A stretch of DNA of 64,000 bases from the NCBI GenBank assembly GCA_020848035.1, contig JADLAX010000026.1, positions 256,180-320,179 of the forward strand. The letters are read 5' to 3'. The DNA comes from Anaerolineae bacterium. GTDB lineage: Bacteria > Chloroflexota > Anaerolineae > Promineifilales > Promineifilaceae. The translations under genes and the position numbers were made by a program. The first letter of the stretch is position 1; each line of letters starts with the position of its first letter. The notes under the pieces were generated by a model. It was not told where the DNA came from and searched no databases. It saw nothing but the letters and a program-made list of their open reading frames with translations. Positions 53,244 to 63,553 of this stretch are shown one piece after another.

Positions 53244-54209
53244 TCACGCCCACGCCGTCGTCTCATCTAAGGCCGCTTTTTCCTCTGGTGTCAGCGAAAC
53301 GGCCGCTCCGCCCACGGTATCTTCCAACTGGGCAATGGAGTTTGCCCCAATGATAGCCGCGCTAACGGCCGTATTCGCCAGCACCCAGGCAATGGCCGTT
53401 TGGGCAATGGTGGCATTGTGGATTCGGCCAATGGCTTCCAGCTTGTCAACGGCCGTAAATCCCTGTTCGTTCATGTACCGCTGGCGTACCCCCTCGGCCC
53501 GCGCCGACTCTGGCAGCGGCGTGTCGCGGCGGTATTTGCCGGTGAGGAAACCCGCCGCCAGCGGGCTGTACGGAATGACGCCAATGCCCTGATCCAGGCA
53601 CAGGGGCTGGAGCTCCCGCTCAAATTCAGCCCGGTGCACCAGGCTGTAGTGCGGCTGGAGGCTGTCAAATCGGGCCAGCTGGCGTACATCACTCACCCAG
53701 AGCGATTTGGCCAGCAACCACGCCGGGTAGTTGGAGCAGCCGATGTAGCGCACTTTGCCCGCCCGCACCAGATCGGTGAGGGTCGCCAGCGTTTCTTCCA
53801 GCGGGGTTTCCTCGTCGGGCCAGTGCACCTGGTACAGGTCCAGGTAATCGGTTTGCAGGCGGCGCAGACTGTTTTCAACGGCCGTCATCATGTGCCCGCG
53901 CGACAAACCCTGATCGTTAGGTCCGCTGCCCATCTCGCCGCGCACCTTGGTCGCCAATACAATGCGCTCGCGGCGCACGCTGCCGCTAGCCAGCCACCGG
54001 CCAATGATTTGCTCGCTCACGCCACCCGCGTTGCCCTCGGCCCAACGGGAATAAATATCGGCCGTATCGATGAAGTTACAGCCCAGCTCCACCGCCCGGT
54101 TCAGGATGTCGTGGCTGGTCGCCTCGTCAGCCGACCAGCCAAACTGCATCGTGCCCAGGCAAATCGTCGAAACTTTCAGGCCCGTCCGGCCCAAGCGTCG
54201 ATATTCCAT
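53244..54209 (-). CDS. Aldo/keto reductase
   Basis: MEYRRLGRTGLKVSTICLGTMQFG..FIDTADIY..LDLYQVHWPD. Confidence 0.9.
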   Translation of the reverse strand: MEYRRLGRTGLKVSTICLGTMQFGWSADEATSHDILNRAVELGCNFIDTADIYSRWAEGNAGGVSEQIIGRWLASGSVRRERIVLATKVRGEMGSGPNDQGLSRGHMMTAVENSLRRLQTDYLDLYQVHWPDEETPLEETLATLTDLVRAGKVRYIGCSNYPAWLLAKSLWVSDVRQLARFDSLQPHYSLVHRAEFERELQPLCLDQGIGVIPYSPLAAGFLTGKYRRDTPLPESARAEGVRQRYMNEQGFTAVDKLEAIGRIHNATIAQTAIAWVLANTAVSAAIIGANSIAQLEDTVGGAAVSLTPEEKAALDETTAWA

Positions 54210-54359
54210 GGTGTTCTCCTCTTTTTGGGTAACCGTTCAGTTCTCTGTAGAGCATGGGCAGCGCCCACGTGCGGGATACCAACTGAACGGTTACCTTTTG
54301 GGCCACAGAGATCGCCCAGGATTTAAAGTTGAGACCGTGTCTGGGCCATCTGTAGCTGT

Positions 54360-55127
54360 TTATTTTTTTGCGGCCAGAACCAGCAGGCGGTCGCTTTCTT
54401 CGTCGTAGGGGGATTTGTCGTAGCCGCCCCAGAGGTGCAGCAGCTTAAAACCGGCTTCTTGCAGCAGCAGTTCCAGCTGGTGCGGATAGCGGTAGTGGTA
54501 GGTGCCGTGGGCTACCGTGCGATGCACTGGACCGCCGTTGGCGGCAGAGACGTCGTAGATCCAGGTGATGTGCAGGGTTTGTTCGGCCGTATCCAGCCGG
54601 TTGCTGGCCAGGTGCACAATCAATTCGCCGGTTTCGGGATCGGTGAGCACATTTTCCAGGCTCAGCAGGGCATCTTCCGGCGTGTTGGCGATGTCTACGG
54701 GATTGTCGAGATCAATGAAAAGACGGCCGTTTTCCCCCAAATACCCCCTCACCTGCCGCAGCGCCGCCAGCGCCTGAGTGGTGTCCAGGTGCAGCAGCGT
54801 GTTGTACGGAATCACCGCCAGGCCAAAAGTAGGTGCACCGGGCAGGGTAAACCGGGTCATGTCGGCCTGGTGCAGACTGATAAGCTGCTGAACAGCCGCG
54901 GCTTCCTGCGCCAGCCGCACCCGCGCCCGATCCAACATCACCCCAGACAAATCAAGGCCCGTAACTCCATGTCCGGCCCGCGCCAGCGGCAGCAGCAGCC
55001 GCCCGCTGCCACAGCCCAATTCCAGGATGGGTCCGCCGGTTTGCTGGGCCAACTGCACCACAAAGGGCAAATCGGCCGTCAGGCTGGCGTGGGTCAGGTC
55101 GTAGAAGCGGGCAATTTGATCGTACAT
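54360..55127 (-). CDS. Class I SAM-dependent methyltransferase
   Basis: Motif I ILELGCGSGRLLLPLA. Confidence 0.85.
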   Translation of the reverse strand: MYDQIARFYDLTHASLTADLPFVVQLAQQTGGPILELGCGSGRLLLPLARAGHGVTGLDLSGVMLDRARVRLAQEAAAVQQLISLHQADMTRFTLPGAPTFGLAVIPYNTLLHLDTTQALAALRQVRGYLGENGRLFIDLDNPVDIANTPEDALLSLENVLTDPETGELIVHLASNRLDTAEQTLHITWIYDVSAANGGPVHRTVAHGTYHYRYPHQLELLLQEAGFKLLHLWGGYDKSPYDEESDRLLVLAAKK

Positions 55128-55175
55128 AGGGCCGATTTTACCGCAGGAGAGGGTAATGTGGTAAAGAGGAGAAGG

Positions 55176-55246
55176 GGTGAGCGGGTGAAGGGGTGAAGGG
55201 GTGACAAGGTGACCGATAACCGTTTACCGTTTACCGAATACCGGTT
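55176..55246. repeat. Five GGTGANNN octamers followed by five ACCGNNN heptamers
   Basis: GGTGA at 55176, 55184, 55192, 55200 and 55208, then ACCGATA ACCGTTT ACCGTTT ACCGAAT ACCGGTT (55212..55246). The crotonase stop lies in the heptamers. Confidence 0.85.
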
Positions 55247-56009
55247 TTCGCTTTTCGCGGAAGGCGGCGAGAGCTTCCAGGTGATCGGGCTGGGACCACA
55301 AATCAACAAAGAGGCTGGTTTCTTGCGCGTTGGTGGCGGCGACAGCAGGCTGGCTGGCGGCATAGACGAGCTGTTTGCTGGCGGCCAGGGCATGTTGGGG
55401 CAGTTGGATGAGTGAGTGAGCCAGGGCAGTAACGGCCGTTTCTAACCCCGCCGCCTCGTCTACCACCTGCTGCACCAGCCCCATCTGCTGCGCCTCTTCC
55501 GCCGAAAATATACGCGCCGTCAGCAGCAGGTCGAGCGCCCGCGCCTGACCCAGCAGGTTGACCAGTCGTCCTGTACCGCCCCAGCCCGTGCACAGCGCAT
55601 TGCGTACCTGAGCAAAACAAAAGCGGGCATGACGGGTCGCCACACGCAGGTCGCAGGCGGTCAAAATCTCGCAGCCGCCGCCAAACGCATCCCCATTTAC
55701 AGCGGCAATAACGGGAATGGGCAGCCGGGTCAGCTGCCCCAGCGCCTCCCGCATCACCCGGTTCAACCGTTCGCCCGCCTCCCGTTCTGGATGCTGGCTC
55801 AGCTCCTTCAAGTCGCCGCCAGAAACAAACGCTTTATCGCCCGTACCGCTGATGATAAGAACGCGAACGGCCGAATCCGCCGCCACTTGCGCCACCGCCT
55901 CAGCAAACGCCGCCTGCGCCGTCCAATTCAACGCATTACGCGCCTCCGGTCGGTTCACTCGCAGCGTGGCAATTCCTTCTTGTTGTGTCAGAATGATTTC
56001 TTGGTTCAT
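55224..56009 (-). CDS. Enoyl-CoA hydratase/isomerase (crotonase) family protein
   Basis: MNQEIILTQQEGIATLRVNRPEARNALN..ISGTGDKAFVSGGDLKE. The track start 56117 adds an N-extension encoded by simple repeats. The stop codon lies inside a heptamer array. Confidence 0.85.
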   Translation of the reverse strand: MNQEIILTQQEGIATLRVNRPEARNALNWTAQAAFAEAVAQVAADSAVRVLIISGTGDKAFVSGGDLKELSQHPEREAGERLNRVMREALGQLTRLPIPVIAAVNGDAFGGGCEILTACDLRVATRHARFCFAQVRNALCTGWGGTGRLVNLLGQARALDLLLTARIFSAEEAQQMGLVQQVVDEAAGLETAVTALAHSLIQLPQHALAASKQLVYAASQPAVAATNAQETSLFVDLWSQPDHLEALAAFREKRKPVFGKR

Positions 56010-56133
56010 GGGGTAAGTGTACGAGGATGGGGGGGAAGTGGAAAGTAAAAAGTGGGAAGTGAGCAGGTGGCAGGTTTGCAAGTAGCAGGTGGCAAGTGGC
56101 ACGAGGCAGGATTGCAAAGCATCTAACGAAACT

Positions 56134-56186
56134 TCACCTTGTCACCTTGTCACCCCCTCACCCTGTCACCCCATCACCCCATCACC
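56134..56186. repeat. Seven TCACCNNN octamers (inverse orientation of the 55176 array)
   Basis: TCACC at 56134, 56142, 56150, 56158, 56166, 56174 and 56182. The LacI stop codon lies in the array. Confidence 0.85.
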
Positions 56187-57196
56187 GAACTCTCGCGCAC
56201 AATCAGCTTGGGCTGCAAAACAACAGAGGGGGATTCCAGGTTTTCTTCGTCGTCGAGCAGGGTGAGCAGCTGCTTTACACCCTGCCGGCCCATTTCGGCC
56301 ACGTCCTGGCGCACGGTGGTGAGCGAGGGTGAGAAATAGGGCGATTCAGGAATGTCGTCAAAACCGACAATGGCCAAATCTTGGGGAATTTGCCGGCCCA
56401 TTTGCCGGGCCACCTTCATCGCGCCCAGGGCCATCTGATCGTTACAAATAAACACGGCATCCATCTCCGGATGCCACTCCAGCAGCATGCGAATGCAGCG
56501 CTCGCCGCTGCTAGGTGTCCAATCGCCGTTAGCAATAAAACTTTCATCAACAAGACGGCCGTTTGCCGCCACCTCCTCACGCCAGCCCTGTTCACGCTGT
56601 CGGGCTTCCCACCAATTCATCGGCCCGGTGATCAGGCCAATGTTTTGCCGCCCTTGGGCAATGAGATGCTGCGTGGCAATACGGCCACCATGTTTATTGT
56701 CGATGACGGCCGTTACCAAATTCGGCCGTGGCTGAGCGTTTAAAAACACAATCGGCACCGTCAGGTTGGGCAGCGCCTGCTGGATCAAATCCCGATTTTG
56801 CCCAATTTCCGGCACCGCCCACAAAATGCCATCAACGTGATAAGACAAAATCTCACGCAGCACCTGGTTGGCATCAAACACCTCCGCATTGGGCAAAATG
56901 TTCAACATCAACGAGTAATCCTCTTCAACGGCCGCTTCCTGAATCCCTTGCAGCAGCAGCGACGGCCCGTACAGGCCAATGCTCGAACTCACCACCCCTA
57001 AAGAATAACTGCGGCCACGAATCAGGCTGCGGGCAATCTTGCTGGGCTGGTAGCCCAAATCATCAATGACCTGCTGCACATGTTCTCGGGTATCTGAGGC
57101 GACATCAGGACGGTCGTTTACCACCCGTGACACGGTCTGAGTTGAAACCCCAGCCGCCGCTGCAACCTCTTTAATCGTGACCCGTTTGAAATTCAT
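56174..57196 (-). CDS. LacI family transcriptional regulator (probable regulator of the adjacent sugar-utilisation genes)
   Basis: [25 protein letters not shown] plus a periplasmic-binding-protein-like core. Divergent from the sugar ABC operon. Confidence 0.9.
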   Translation of the reverse strand: MNFKRVTIKEVAAAAGVSTQTVSRVVNDRPDVASDTREHVQQVIDDLGYQPSKIARSLIRGRSYSLGVVSSSIGLYGPSLLLQGIQEAAVEEDYSLMLNILPNAEVFDANQVLREILSYHVDGILWAVPEIGQNRDLIQQALPNLTVPIVFLNAQPRPNLVTAVIDNKHGGRIATQHLIAQGRQNIGLITGPMNWWEARQREQGWREEVAANGRLVDESFIANGDWTPSSGERCIRMLLEWHPEMDAVFICNDQMALGAMKVARQMGRQIPQDLAIVGFDDIPESPYFSPSLTTVRQDVAEMGRQGVKQLLTLLDDEENLESPSVVLQPKLIVRESSVMG

Positions 57197-57278
57197 TCTT
57201 GCTACCTGCTACCCTGATTATCGGACAGATTTGATTTTTCACCACAAAACACCGGAAAATCCCGGTCGTGGGCGGATT

Positions 57279-57290
57279 GTTATCGTTAAC
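57279..57290. promoter_or_regulatory. Putative LacI-family operator O2
   Basis: GTTATCGTTAAC (10 of 12 palindromic, same consensus as O1), on the lacI side of the divergent region. Confidence 0.4.
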
Positions 57291-57448
57291 GAAACGCAGT
57301 GTAACATAGCAGCCAAATAGTGTCAATTTGTAAAAAACCTGACCAAATCGACTCATTTTCGCCGGATATTTAGAAAACGCCCACCAAAATCGAGTCAAGT
57401 TACACCAGTCAAGCGCCGAAAAACTGCACAACTTGCCCAAAAACAGGC

Positions 57449-57476
57449 TTGACGCCGCCGAAATGTATGATAATAT
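57449..57476 (+). promoter_or_regulatory. Putative promoter of the sugar ABC operon
   Basis: TTGACG (57449..57454), 16-nt spacer, TAATAT (57471..57476). Confidence 0.5.
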
Positions 57477-57488
57477 GTTAACGTTAAC
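57477..57488. promoter_or_regulatory. Putative LacI-family operator O1 (perfect palindrome)
   Basis: GTTAACGTTAAC abuts the -10 box. A related half-site CGATAAC follows at about 57494. Confidence 0.5.
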
Positions 57489-57748
57489 GGGAACGATAAC
57501 ATCGTTTCATGGATGCAAGTGCAGGCTTAAAAATTACGGCATTCATCGGTCGCCCGGCCCTCTTTGGCGGGCACATTGGCCGATGAGGGTTTACCGAGGA
57601 GAGTGTTTATGGGGTGAACAGGACAACCGCTGGCGAATGCGGTTATTGGGTGTCACACATCATCTTACTTGGGGCGGGAAACGGCCGTAACCATTTTATC
57701 GAGGCAGCAACGCCTTGTTAGCTGTCAAAACCAAAAAAGGAAGAGAAA

Positions 57749-58891
57749 ATGAAAAATTCCAAACTATTTCTTGTCTTGCTTGCCCTTTTAGCCGCCATGT
57801 TGTTCACTGCTTGCGGCTCTGGCTCTACCGAAGAAGCCACCGACACCAGCAGCGATACCGCGGCCGACACCAGCAGCGAAGAAGTAAGCGAAACCTCCGA
57901 GGAAGCTCCCCTGGTTGGTATCTCCATGCCCACCAAATCCTCCGCCCGCTGGATTTCCGACGGCGAAAGCATGGTCCAGGTCTTCACCGAACTGGGTTAC
58001 AGAACAGAGCTGCAATTCGCCGAAGATGATATTCCCAACCAGTTAGCCCAAATCGAAAACATGGTAACCCAGGGCGCTAAAGTTCTGATCATCGCCGCGA
58101 TTGATGGCTCCACCCTGTCCGACATCCTGCAGAAAGCGCACGACCAGGGCGTCCTGGTTATCGCCTACGACCGTCTGATCACCAAAACCGAAAACGTGGA
58201 CTACTACGTCACCTTCGACAACTTCCAGGTTGGCGTGCTCCAGGCCAGCCAGATCGAAACCGCGCTGGGTCTGAAAGATGGCAATGGCCCGTTCAACATC
58301 GAACTGTTTGGTGGTTCCCCCGACGACACCAACGCCTTCTACTTCTATGATGGTGCGATGTCTATCCTGCAGCCCTACATTGACAACGGCCAGCTCGTTG
58401 TGCAGTCCGGCCAGATGGGCATGGACAAAGTTTCCACCCTCCGTTGGGACGGTGCCGTGGCCCAGGCTCGTATGGACAACCTGCTCAGCGCCTTCTACAC
58501 CGACAAACGGGTTGACGCCGTTCTGGCTCCCTACGATGGTCTCAGCCGTGGTATCATCTCCTCCCTCAAGGGTGTGGGTTATGGCACCGAAGATCAGCCC
58601 TGGCCAGTTATCACCGGTCAGGATGCCGAAGTGGCTTCCATCAAACAAATGATCGCCGGCGAGCAGATGTTCACCGTCTTCAAAGATACCCGTGAGCTGG
58701 CCAAACAGGCCGCCACAATGGTCGATGCCGCTCTGAAAGGTGAAGAAGTACCGATCAACGACACGTCCACCTACAACAACGAAGTGAAAGTTGTGCCGTC
58801 TTTCCTGTTGATTCCCTACAGTGTAGACATCAACAATTACTTCGAAATTTTGGTCACCAGCGGTTACTACACCGAAGATCAACTGAAGTAA
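57749..58891 (+). CDS. Sugar ABC transporter substrate-binding lipoprotein (ChvE / multiple-sugar-binding type)
   Basis: Lipobox LFTACGS with a Ser/Thr/Glu-rich linker. [32 protein letters not shown]. Confidence 0.85.
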   Translation: MKNSKLFLVLLALLAAMLFTACGSGSTEEATDTSSDTAADTSSEEVSETSEEAPLVGISMPTKSSARWISDGESMVQVFTELGYRTELQFAEDDIPNQLAQIENMVTQGAKVLIIAAIDGSTLSDILQKAHDQGVLVIAYDRLITKTENVDYYVTFDNFQVGVLQASQIETALGLKDGNGPFNIELFGGSPDDTNAFYFYDGAMSILQPYIDNGQLVVQSGQMGMDKVSTLRWDGAVAQARMDNLLSAFYTDKRVDAVLAPYDGLSRGIISSLKGVGYGTEDQPWPVITGQDAEVASIKQMIAGEQMFTVFKDTRELAKQAATMVDAALKGEEVPINDTSTYNNEVKVVPSFLLIPYSVDINNYFEILVTSGYYTEDQLK

Positions 58892-59160
58892 GAGCAGATT
58901 TTTTGAGCGGGTGAGAACTTACTCTTGAACCAGGAGTAGTCTCACCCGCTTATTTTTTATAGGTAAAGGGCAACTTTGACGTCAATCTTTTCTCAATGAT
59001 TTTCCGCCCACTACCCAAATAATTGGCAGAATACACACTACTTTGTTTTGAAAAACTCTCTGCCAATTACACCAACTAAGATAAAATTCCCGTGTAATTA
59101 GAATTTCTGCCAATAACTCAACTTGCCACTTTATTGATTCCGCGAACAAGGAATAGCGAT

Positions 59161-60702
59161 ATGACAGAAATTATTCTGGAAATGCGAAATATCACAAAAA
59201 CGTTTCCTGGCGTAAAAGCGCTGGACAATGTGAGTTTTCGCGTCAAGCAGGGTGAAATTCATGCCCTGGTGGGGGAAAACGGGGCCGGAAAATCGACCCT
59301 GATGAAGGTGTTGAGCGGTGTTTATCCCCACGGCTCGTACACGGGTGACATTTATTTCCAGGGCAAAGAGTGCCGCTTTAAGGACATTAACCACAGCGAA
59401 GCGGTGGGGATTGTCATTATTCATCAAGAGTTGGCGCTGATTCCCAACCTGTCCATTGCGGAAAACCTTTTTCTGGGCAACGAGCGCCAAAAGAACGGCG
59501 TGATTAGCTGGGTTGAAACCTTTTCAAAAACGCAGGAGCTGCTGCAAAAAGTGGGCCTGCGCGAGTCGCCCAAAACGCTCATTACCGACATTGGCGTAGG
59601 CAAACAGCAGCTGGTGGAGATTGCCAAAGCGCTGGCCAAAGAAGTACAGCTGCTCATTTTGGATGAGCCTACCGCCAGCCTTAATGAAAACGACAGCGAG
59701 GCGCTGCTTAAGCTGCTGCTCCAGTTTAAGGAACACGGCATTTCTTCGATTTTGATTTCGCACAAGTTGAGCGAAGTATCTAAAGTTGCCGATTCGATTA
59801 CCATTTTGCGCGATGGGGCGACGATTGAAACCCTGGACTGCCAGACTGACGTTATCACCGAAGACCGCATTATTCGCGGCATGGTGGGGCGTGATCTGGT
59901 GCACCGCTTCCCGCCACGTGAATCGAAGATTGGCGAGACGATTTTTGAAGTGCGTGAGTGGAACGTATACCACCCCCAGCACGAAAATCGCAAGGTGAGC
60001 AGCAACATCAACCTGCACGTGAAGCGGGGTGAGGTGGTAGGCATTGCCGGGCTGATGGGTTCAGGGCGCACTGAGCTGGCGATGAGTATTTTTGGACGGG
60101 CATACGGCCGTCACATCACCGGCCAGGCCTACAAAAACGGCCGTGAAGTAGATTTGAGCACGATTGACAAAGCAATTGCCAACGGGGTTGCCTACGCCAC
60201 CGAAGACCGCAAGACGTATGGCCTCATCCTCATTGAAGACATCAAAGAAAACATCACTCTGGCAAACCTGGACGCCATTACCGATGGCATTGTCATCAAC
60301 GAGCCTAAAGAGCTGACCGTTACCCGGGAGTACCGCGACAAGCTGAACATTAAATGCTCCAGCATTTTGCAGAAGACCGTCAATCTCTCCGGGGGAAACC
60401 AGCAAAAGGTTGTGTTAAGCAAATGGCTCTTTGCCAAGCCAGACATTCTGATTTTAGACGAGCCGACACGCGGGATTGACGTGGGGGCCAAGTATGAAAT
60501 TTATACCATCATCAACCAGCTGGCGGACGAAGGCAAAGGCATTATCTTGATTTCCTCGGAATTACCGGAAATCCTGGGGGTGTGCGACCGGATCTATGTG
60601 ATGAGCGATGGGAAAATTGTGGGCGAAATGCCAGCCAGGGAAGCTACACAAGAAAAAATTATGAAAGCCATTATGCGACAGGAAGAGGTAACAACTTCAT
60701 GA
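59161..60702 (+). CDS. Sugar ABC transporter ATP-binding protein (two fused ABC domains, GguA/XylG/MglA type)
   Basis: Walker [10 protein letters not shown] and [10 protein letters not shown], signature LSGGNQQKV, Walker [10 protein letters not shown] prefer ATG 59161 ([11 protein letters not shown]). Confidence 0.9.
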   Translation: MTEIILEMRNITKTFPGVKALDNVSFRVKQGEIHALVGENGAGKSTLMKVLSGVYPHGSYTGDIYFQGKECRFKDINHSEAVGIVIIHQELALIPNLSIAENLFLGNERQKNGVISWVETFSKTQELLQKVGLRESPKTLITDIGVGKQQLVEIAKALAKEVQLLILDEPTASLNENDSEALLKLLLQFKEHGISSILISHKLSEVSKVADSITILRDGATIETLDCQTDVITEDRIIRGMVGRDLVHRFPPRESKIGETIFEVREWNVYHPQHENRKVSSNINLHVKRGEVVGIAGLMGSGRTELAMSIFGRAYGRHITGQAYKNGREVDLSTIDKAIANGVAYATEDRKTYGLILIEDIKENITLANLDAITDGIVINEPKELTVTREYRDKLNIKCSSILQKTVNLSGGNQQKVVLSKWLFAKPDILILDEPTRGIDVGAKYEIYTIINQLADEGKGIILISSELPEILGVCDRIYVMSDGKIVGEMPAREATQEKIMKAIMRQEEVTTS

Positions 60703-61865
60703 AAACATTAATGACCCTTGTTAGAAACAACATCCGCGAATATGGCATGTTGATCGCCTTAATCGTCATCATGTTGTTCTTCCAGATTCAAACCGATGGG
60801 ACGTTGATGCGTCCGGTGAACCTCACCAACCTGATTTTGCAGAACAGCTACATTGTCATTATGGCTTTGGGGATGCTGTTGATTATCGTGGCTGGGCATA
60901 TTGATCTTTCGGTTGGGTCGATTGCCGGGTTTGTTGGGGCAGTAGCGGCCGTTTTGCTGGTTCGCTACGATGTCAATGTCTGGTTAACCATCCTGATCAG
61001 CTTGCTCGTCGGGGCCTTGATTGGGGCGTGGCAAGGGTACTGGGTGGCCTACGTCAAAATTCCAGCGTTTATTGTGACCCTGGGTGGTATGTTGATTTTC
61101 CGTGGCCTGACCCTGGCGCTGCTGGCGGGTGAATCGGTGGGGCCATTCCAGGAAACGTTCCAAAAGCTAAGTTCCGGGTTTATTCCCGATGTTTTTGGCA
61201 ACGAAGGTTTCCACATCACCACGATAGTGATCGGCGTGCTGCTTTCCGTATTGCTGATCTACATGGACATTCGCTCACGCAAAAACCAGCAAAAGTACAA
61301 CTTTGAAGTAACGCCCTTCCCGCTCTTTGTGCTGAAAAATGTGCTCATTTCTGGCGCTATCCTCGGCCTGTGCTACCTGATGGCTTCGTACAAAGGGCTG
61401 CCCAACGTGCTCATCGTGCTGATGGTGTTGGTGGTGCTCTACACCTTCCTGACCACACAAACCGTTATTGGGCGGCGCATTTATGCCCTGGGTGGCAACG
61501 AAAAAGCGGCGAAATTGTCGGGGGTCAACACCACCCGGCTCCTCTTTACCACTTTTGTGAATATGGGTTTGCTAAGCGCCCTGGCCGGGATGGTTTTTGC
61601 GGCGCGGTTAAACTCGGCCACGCCGAAGGCGGGTAATGGGTTTGAACTGGACGTGATTGCGGCCGTTTTCATCGGTGGTGCGTCGGCCAGCGGCGGTATC
61701 GGTACGGTGATCGGGGCCATCATCGGCGCGTTTGTGATGGGTGTGATGAACAACGGCATGTCCATCCTCGGTGTGAACATCGACTGGCAGCAGGTTATTA
61801 AAGGGTTGGTGCTTCTTGCGGCCGTTTTCTTCGATGTCTACAACAAAAACAAAAGTGGTTCTTAA
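60699..61865 (+). CDS. Sugar ABC transporter permease (GguB/XylH type)
   Basis: ATGA start/stop overlap with the ATPase gene. About 10 TM segments. [13 protein letters not shown] motif. Confidence 0.9.
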   Translation: MKTLMTLVRNNIREYGMLIALIVIMLFFQIQTDGTLMRPVNLTNLILQNSYIVIMALGMLLIIVAGHIDLSVGSIAGFVGAVAAVLLVRYDVNVWLTILISLLVGALIGAWQGYWVAYVKIPAFIVTLGGMLIFRGLTLALLAGESVGPFQETFQKLSSGFIPDVFGNEGFHITTIVIGVLLSVLLIYMDIRSRKNQQKYNFEVTPFPLFVLKNVLISGAILGLCYLMASYKGLPNVLIVLMVLVVLYTFLTTQTVIGRRIYALGGNEKAAKLSGVNTTRLLFTTFVNMGLLSALAGMVFAARLNSATPKAGNGFELDVIAAVFIGGASASGGIGTVIGAIIGAFVMGVMNNGMSILGVNIDWQQVIKGLVLLAAVFFDVYNKNKSGS

Positions 61866-61917
61866 TCGTAATCGGCCCTGAAGCTGTCGTTGAGACTTCA
61901 AGTCATGGGAGATAAAG

Positions 61918-63516
61918 ATGAATCAAAATGATGTTCCCCACGTCATCGGGAGCGGTAGAACCGCGCTTGGTATTGAATTTGGCTCCACCCGCATCAAAGC
62001 AGTATTAATTGGCCCGGATCATGCGCCCCTCGCCTCGGGCAGCTACGACTGGGAAAACCGGTACGAAAATGGCGTCTGGACCTACAGCCTGGACGACGTG
62101 TGGACGGGCCTGCAAGCCAGTTACCGCAATCTGCGCCAGGACGTGCAAACACGGTACGGCACCCCGCTGCAAACGATTGGGGCCATTGGTTTTAGCGGCA
62201 TGATGCACGGGTACATGGTGTTTGCGGAAGACGGCCGTCTCCTCACCCCCTTCCGTACCTGGCGCAACACCATTACCGGGCAGGCCGCCGCCGAACTGAC
62301 CGGGCTGTTCCAGTTCAACATTCCCCAGCGCTGGAGCATCGCCCACCTGTACCAGGCCATTTTGAACCAGGAGCCACACATCAACGACATCACCTTCCTG
62401 ACCACCCTGGCCGGGTACGTGCACTGGCAGCTAACCGGCACAAAAGTGCTGGGCATTGGCGAAGCGTCCGGCGTCTTTCCCATCAACAGCCAAACCAACG
62501 ATTATGATGCAGGCATGATTGCCCAATTTAACCAGGCGCTGGCGGCCGATATTCCGTGGCAGCTTCAAGACATTTTGCCCACCGTTTTGCTGGCCGGGCA
62601 GCCCGCAGGCAGCCTCACCGAAGCTGGTGCCAGACTGCTGGACCCGTCGGGTGAACTGCAAGCGGGCATTCCCTTCTGCCCGCCGGAAGGGGACGCCGGT
62701 ACCGGCATGGTGGCTACCAACAGCGTGGCCCCGCGCACCGGCAACGTCTCCGCCGGCACTTCTGTTTTTGCCATGATTGTTCTGGAAAAAGCGCTCTCCC
62801 AGCTGTACCCCGAAATTGACATGGTGACAACCCCCACGGGCAAGCCGGTGGCCATGGTGCACAGCAACAACTGCACCTCGGACCTCAATGCCTGGGTGGG
62901 CCTGTTCCGCGAATTTACCGACGCGCTGGGCGTGGCCGTTGACCAGGCCCAGCTGTTTGAAATGCTGTACCAGAAAGCGCTCACCGGGGATGCCGATGGC
63001 GGCGGACTGCTGGTGTATAACTATTTTTCCGGCGAACACATTACCCATCTGGCGGAAGGACGGCCGTTATTTGTGCGCACTCCCGAAAGCAAATTTACCC
63101 TGGCCAACTTCATGCGCGTGCACCTGTTTTCGGCGCTGGGCGCGCTGAAGATTGGGCTGGACATCTTGTTTGAGCAGGAAAAGGTGCAGATTGACCAGGT
63201 GTTGGGGCATGGCGGCTTCTTCAAAACGAAGGGCGTGGGTCAAAAAATGATGGCCGCCGCCATGAACGTCCCGGTGTCGGTGATGGACACGGCGGGTGAA
63301 GGTGGTGCCTGGGGCATCGCCCTGCTGGCCGCCTACCGGCTCAATCGGACCAACAATGAACTGCTGGAAACGTACCTGGCCAACAACGTCTTTGCCGGGG
63401 AAAGCGGCTCCACCGTCGCGCCAGACCCCGCCGATGTGGCCGGTTTTGCCACGTTTATGGAACGGTACAAAAAAGGGCTGGTGATTGAAGAAACGGCCGT
63501 TGCCGCCCTACACTAA
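61918..63516 (+). CDS. FGGY-family carbohydrate kinase (ribulokinase/xylulokinase-like)
   Basis: GGAG RBS. N-terminal [14 protein letters not shown]-terminal GHGGFFKT. Adjacent to araD. Confidence 0.85.
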   Translation: MNQNDVPHVIGSGRTALGIEFGSTRIKAVLIGPDHAPLASGSYDWENRYENGVWTYSLDDVWTGLQASYRNLRQDVQTRYGTPLQTIGAIGFSGMMHGYMVFAEDGRLLTPFRTWRNTITGQAAAELTGLFQFNIPQRWSIAHLYQAILNQEPHINDITFLTTLAGYVHWQLTGTKVLGIGEASGVFPINSQTNDYDAGMIAQFNQALAADIPWQLQDILPTVLLAGQPAGSLTEAGARLLDPSGELQAGIPFCPPEGDAGTGMVATNSVAPRTGNVSAGTSVFAMIVLEKALSQLYPEIDMVTTPTGKPVAMVHSNNCTSDLNAWVGLFREFTDALGVAVDQAQLFEMLYQKALTGDADGGGLLVYNYFSGEHITHLAEGRPLFVRTPESKFTLANFMRVHLFSALGALKIGLDILFEQEKVQIDQVLGHGGFFKTKGVGQKMMAAAMNVPVSVMDTAGEGGAWGIALLAAYRLNRTNNELLETYLANNVFAGESGSTVAPDPADVAGFATFMERYKKGLVIEETAVAALH

Positions 63517-63520
63517 CGGA

Positions 63521-63535
63521 AGATTGGACCAATCT
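63521..63535. repeat. Fourth copy of AGATTGG-N-CCAATCT
   Basis: AGATTGGACCAATCT between the FGGY kinase gene and araD. Confidence 0.8.
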
Positions 63536-63553
63536 GGAGAGCGAGAGAAACCC

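Noticed and set aside
56010-56117. 36-codon N-terminal extension of the crotonase ORF (MQSCLVPLATCYLQTCHLLTSHFLL..)
   Set aside because: It is encoded by AGGTGGC/GGAAGTG-type simple repeats. The family-typical N-terminus MNQEIILTQQEG.. begins at 56009.
57433-57690. 85-aa ORF in the sugar-operon leader
   Set aside because: It has no RBS, and its start lies upstream of the predicted -35 box. The peptide is Cys/Arg/Trp-rich and atypical. I treat the region as a non-coding leader.
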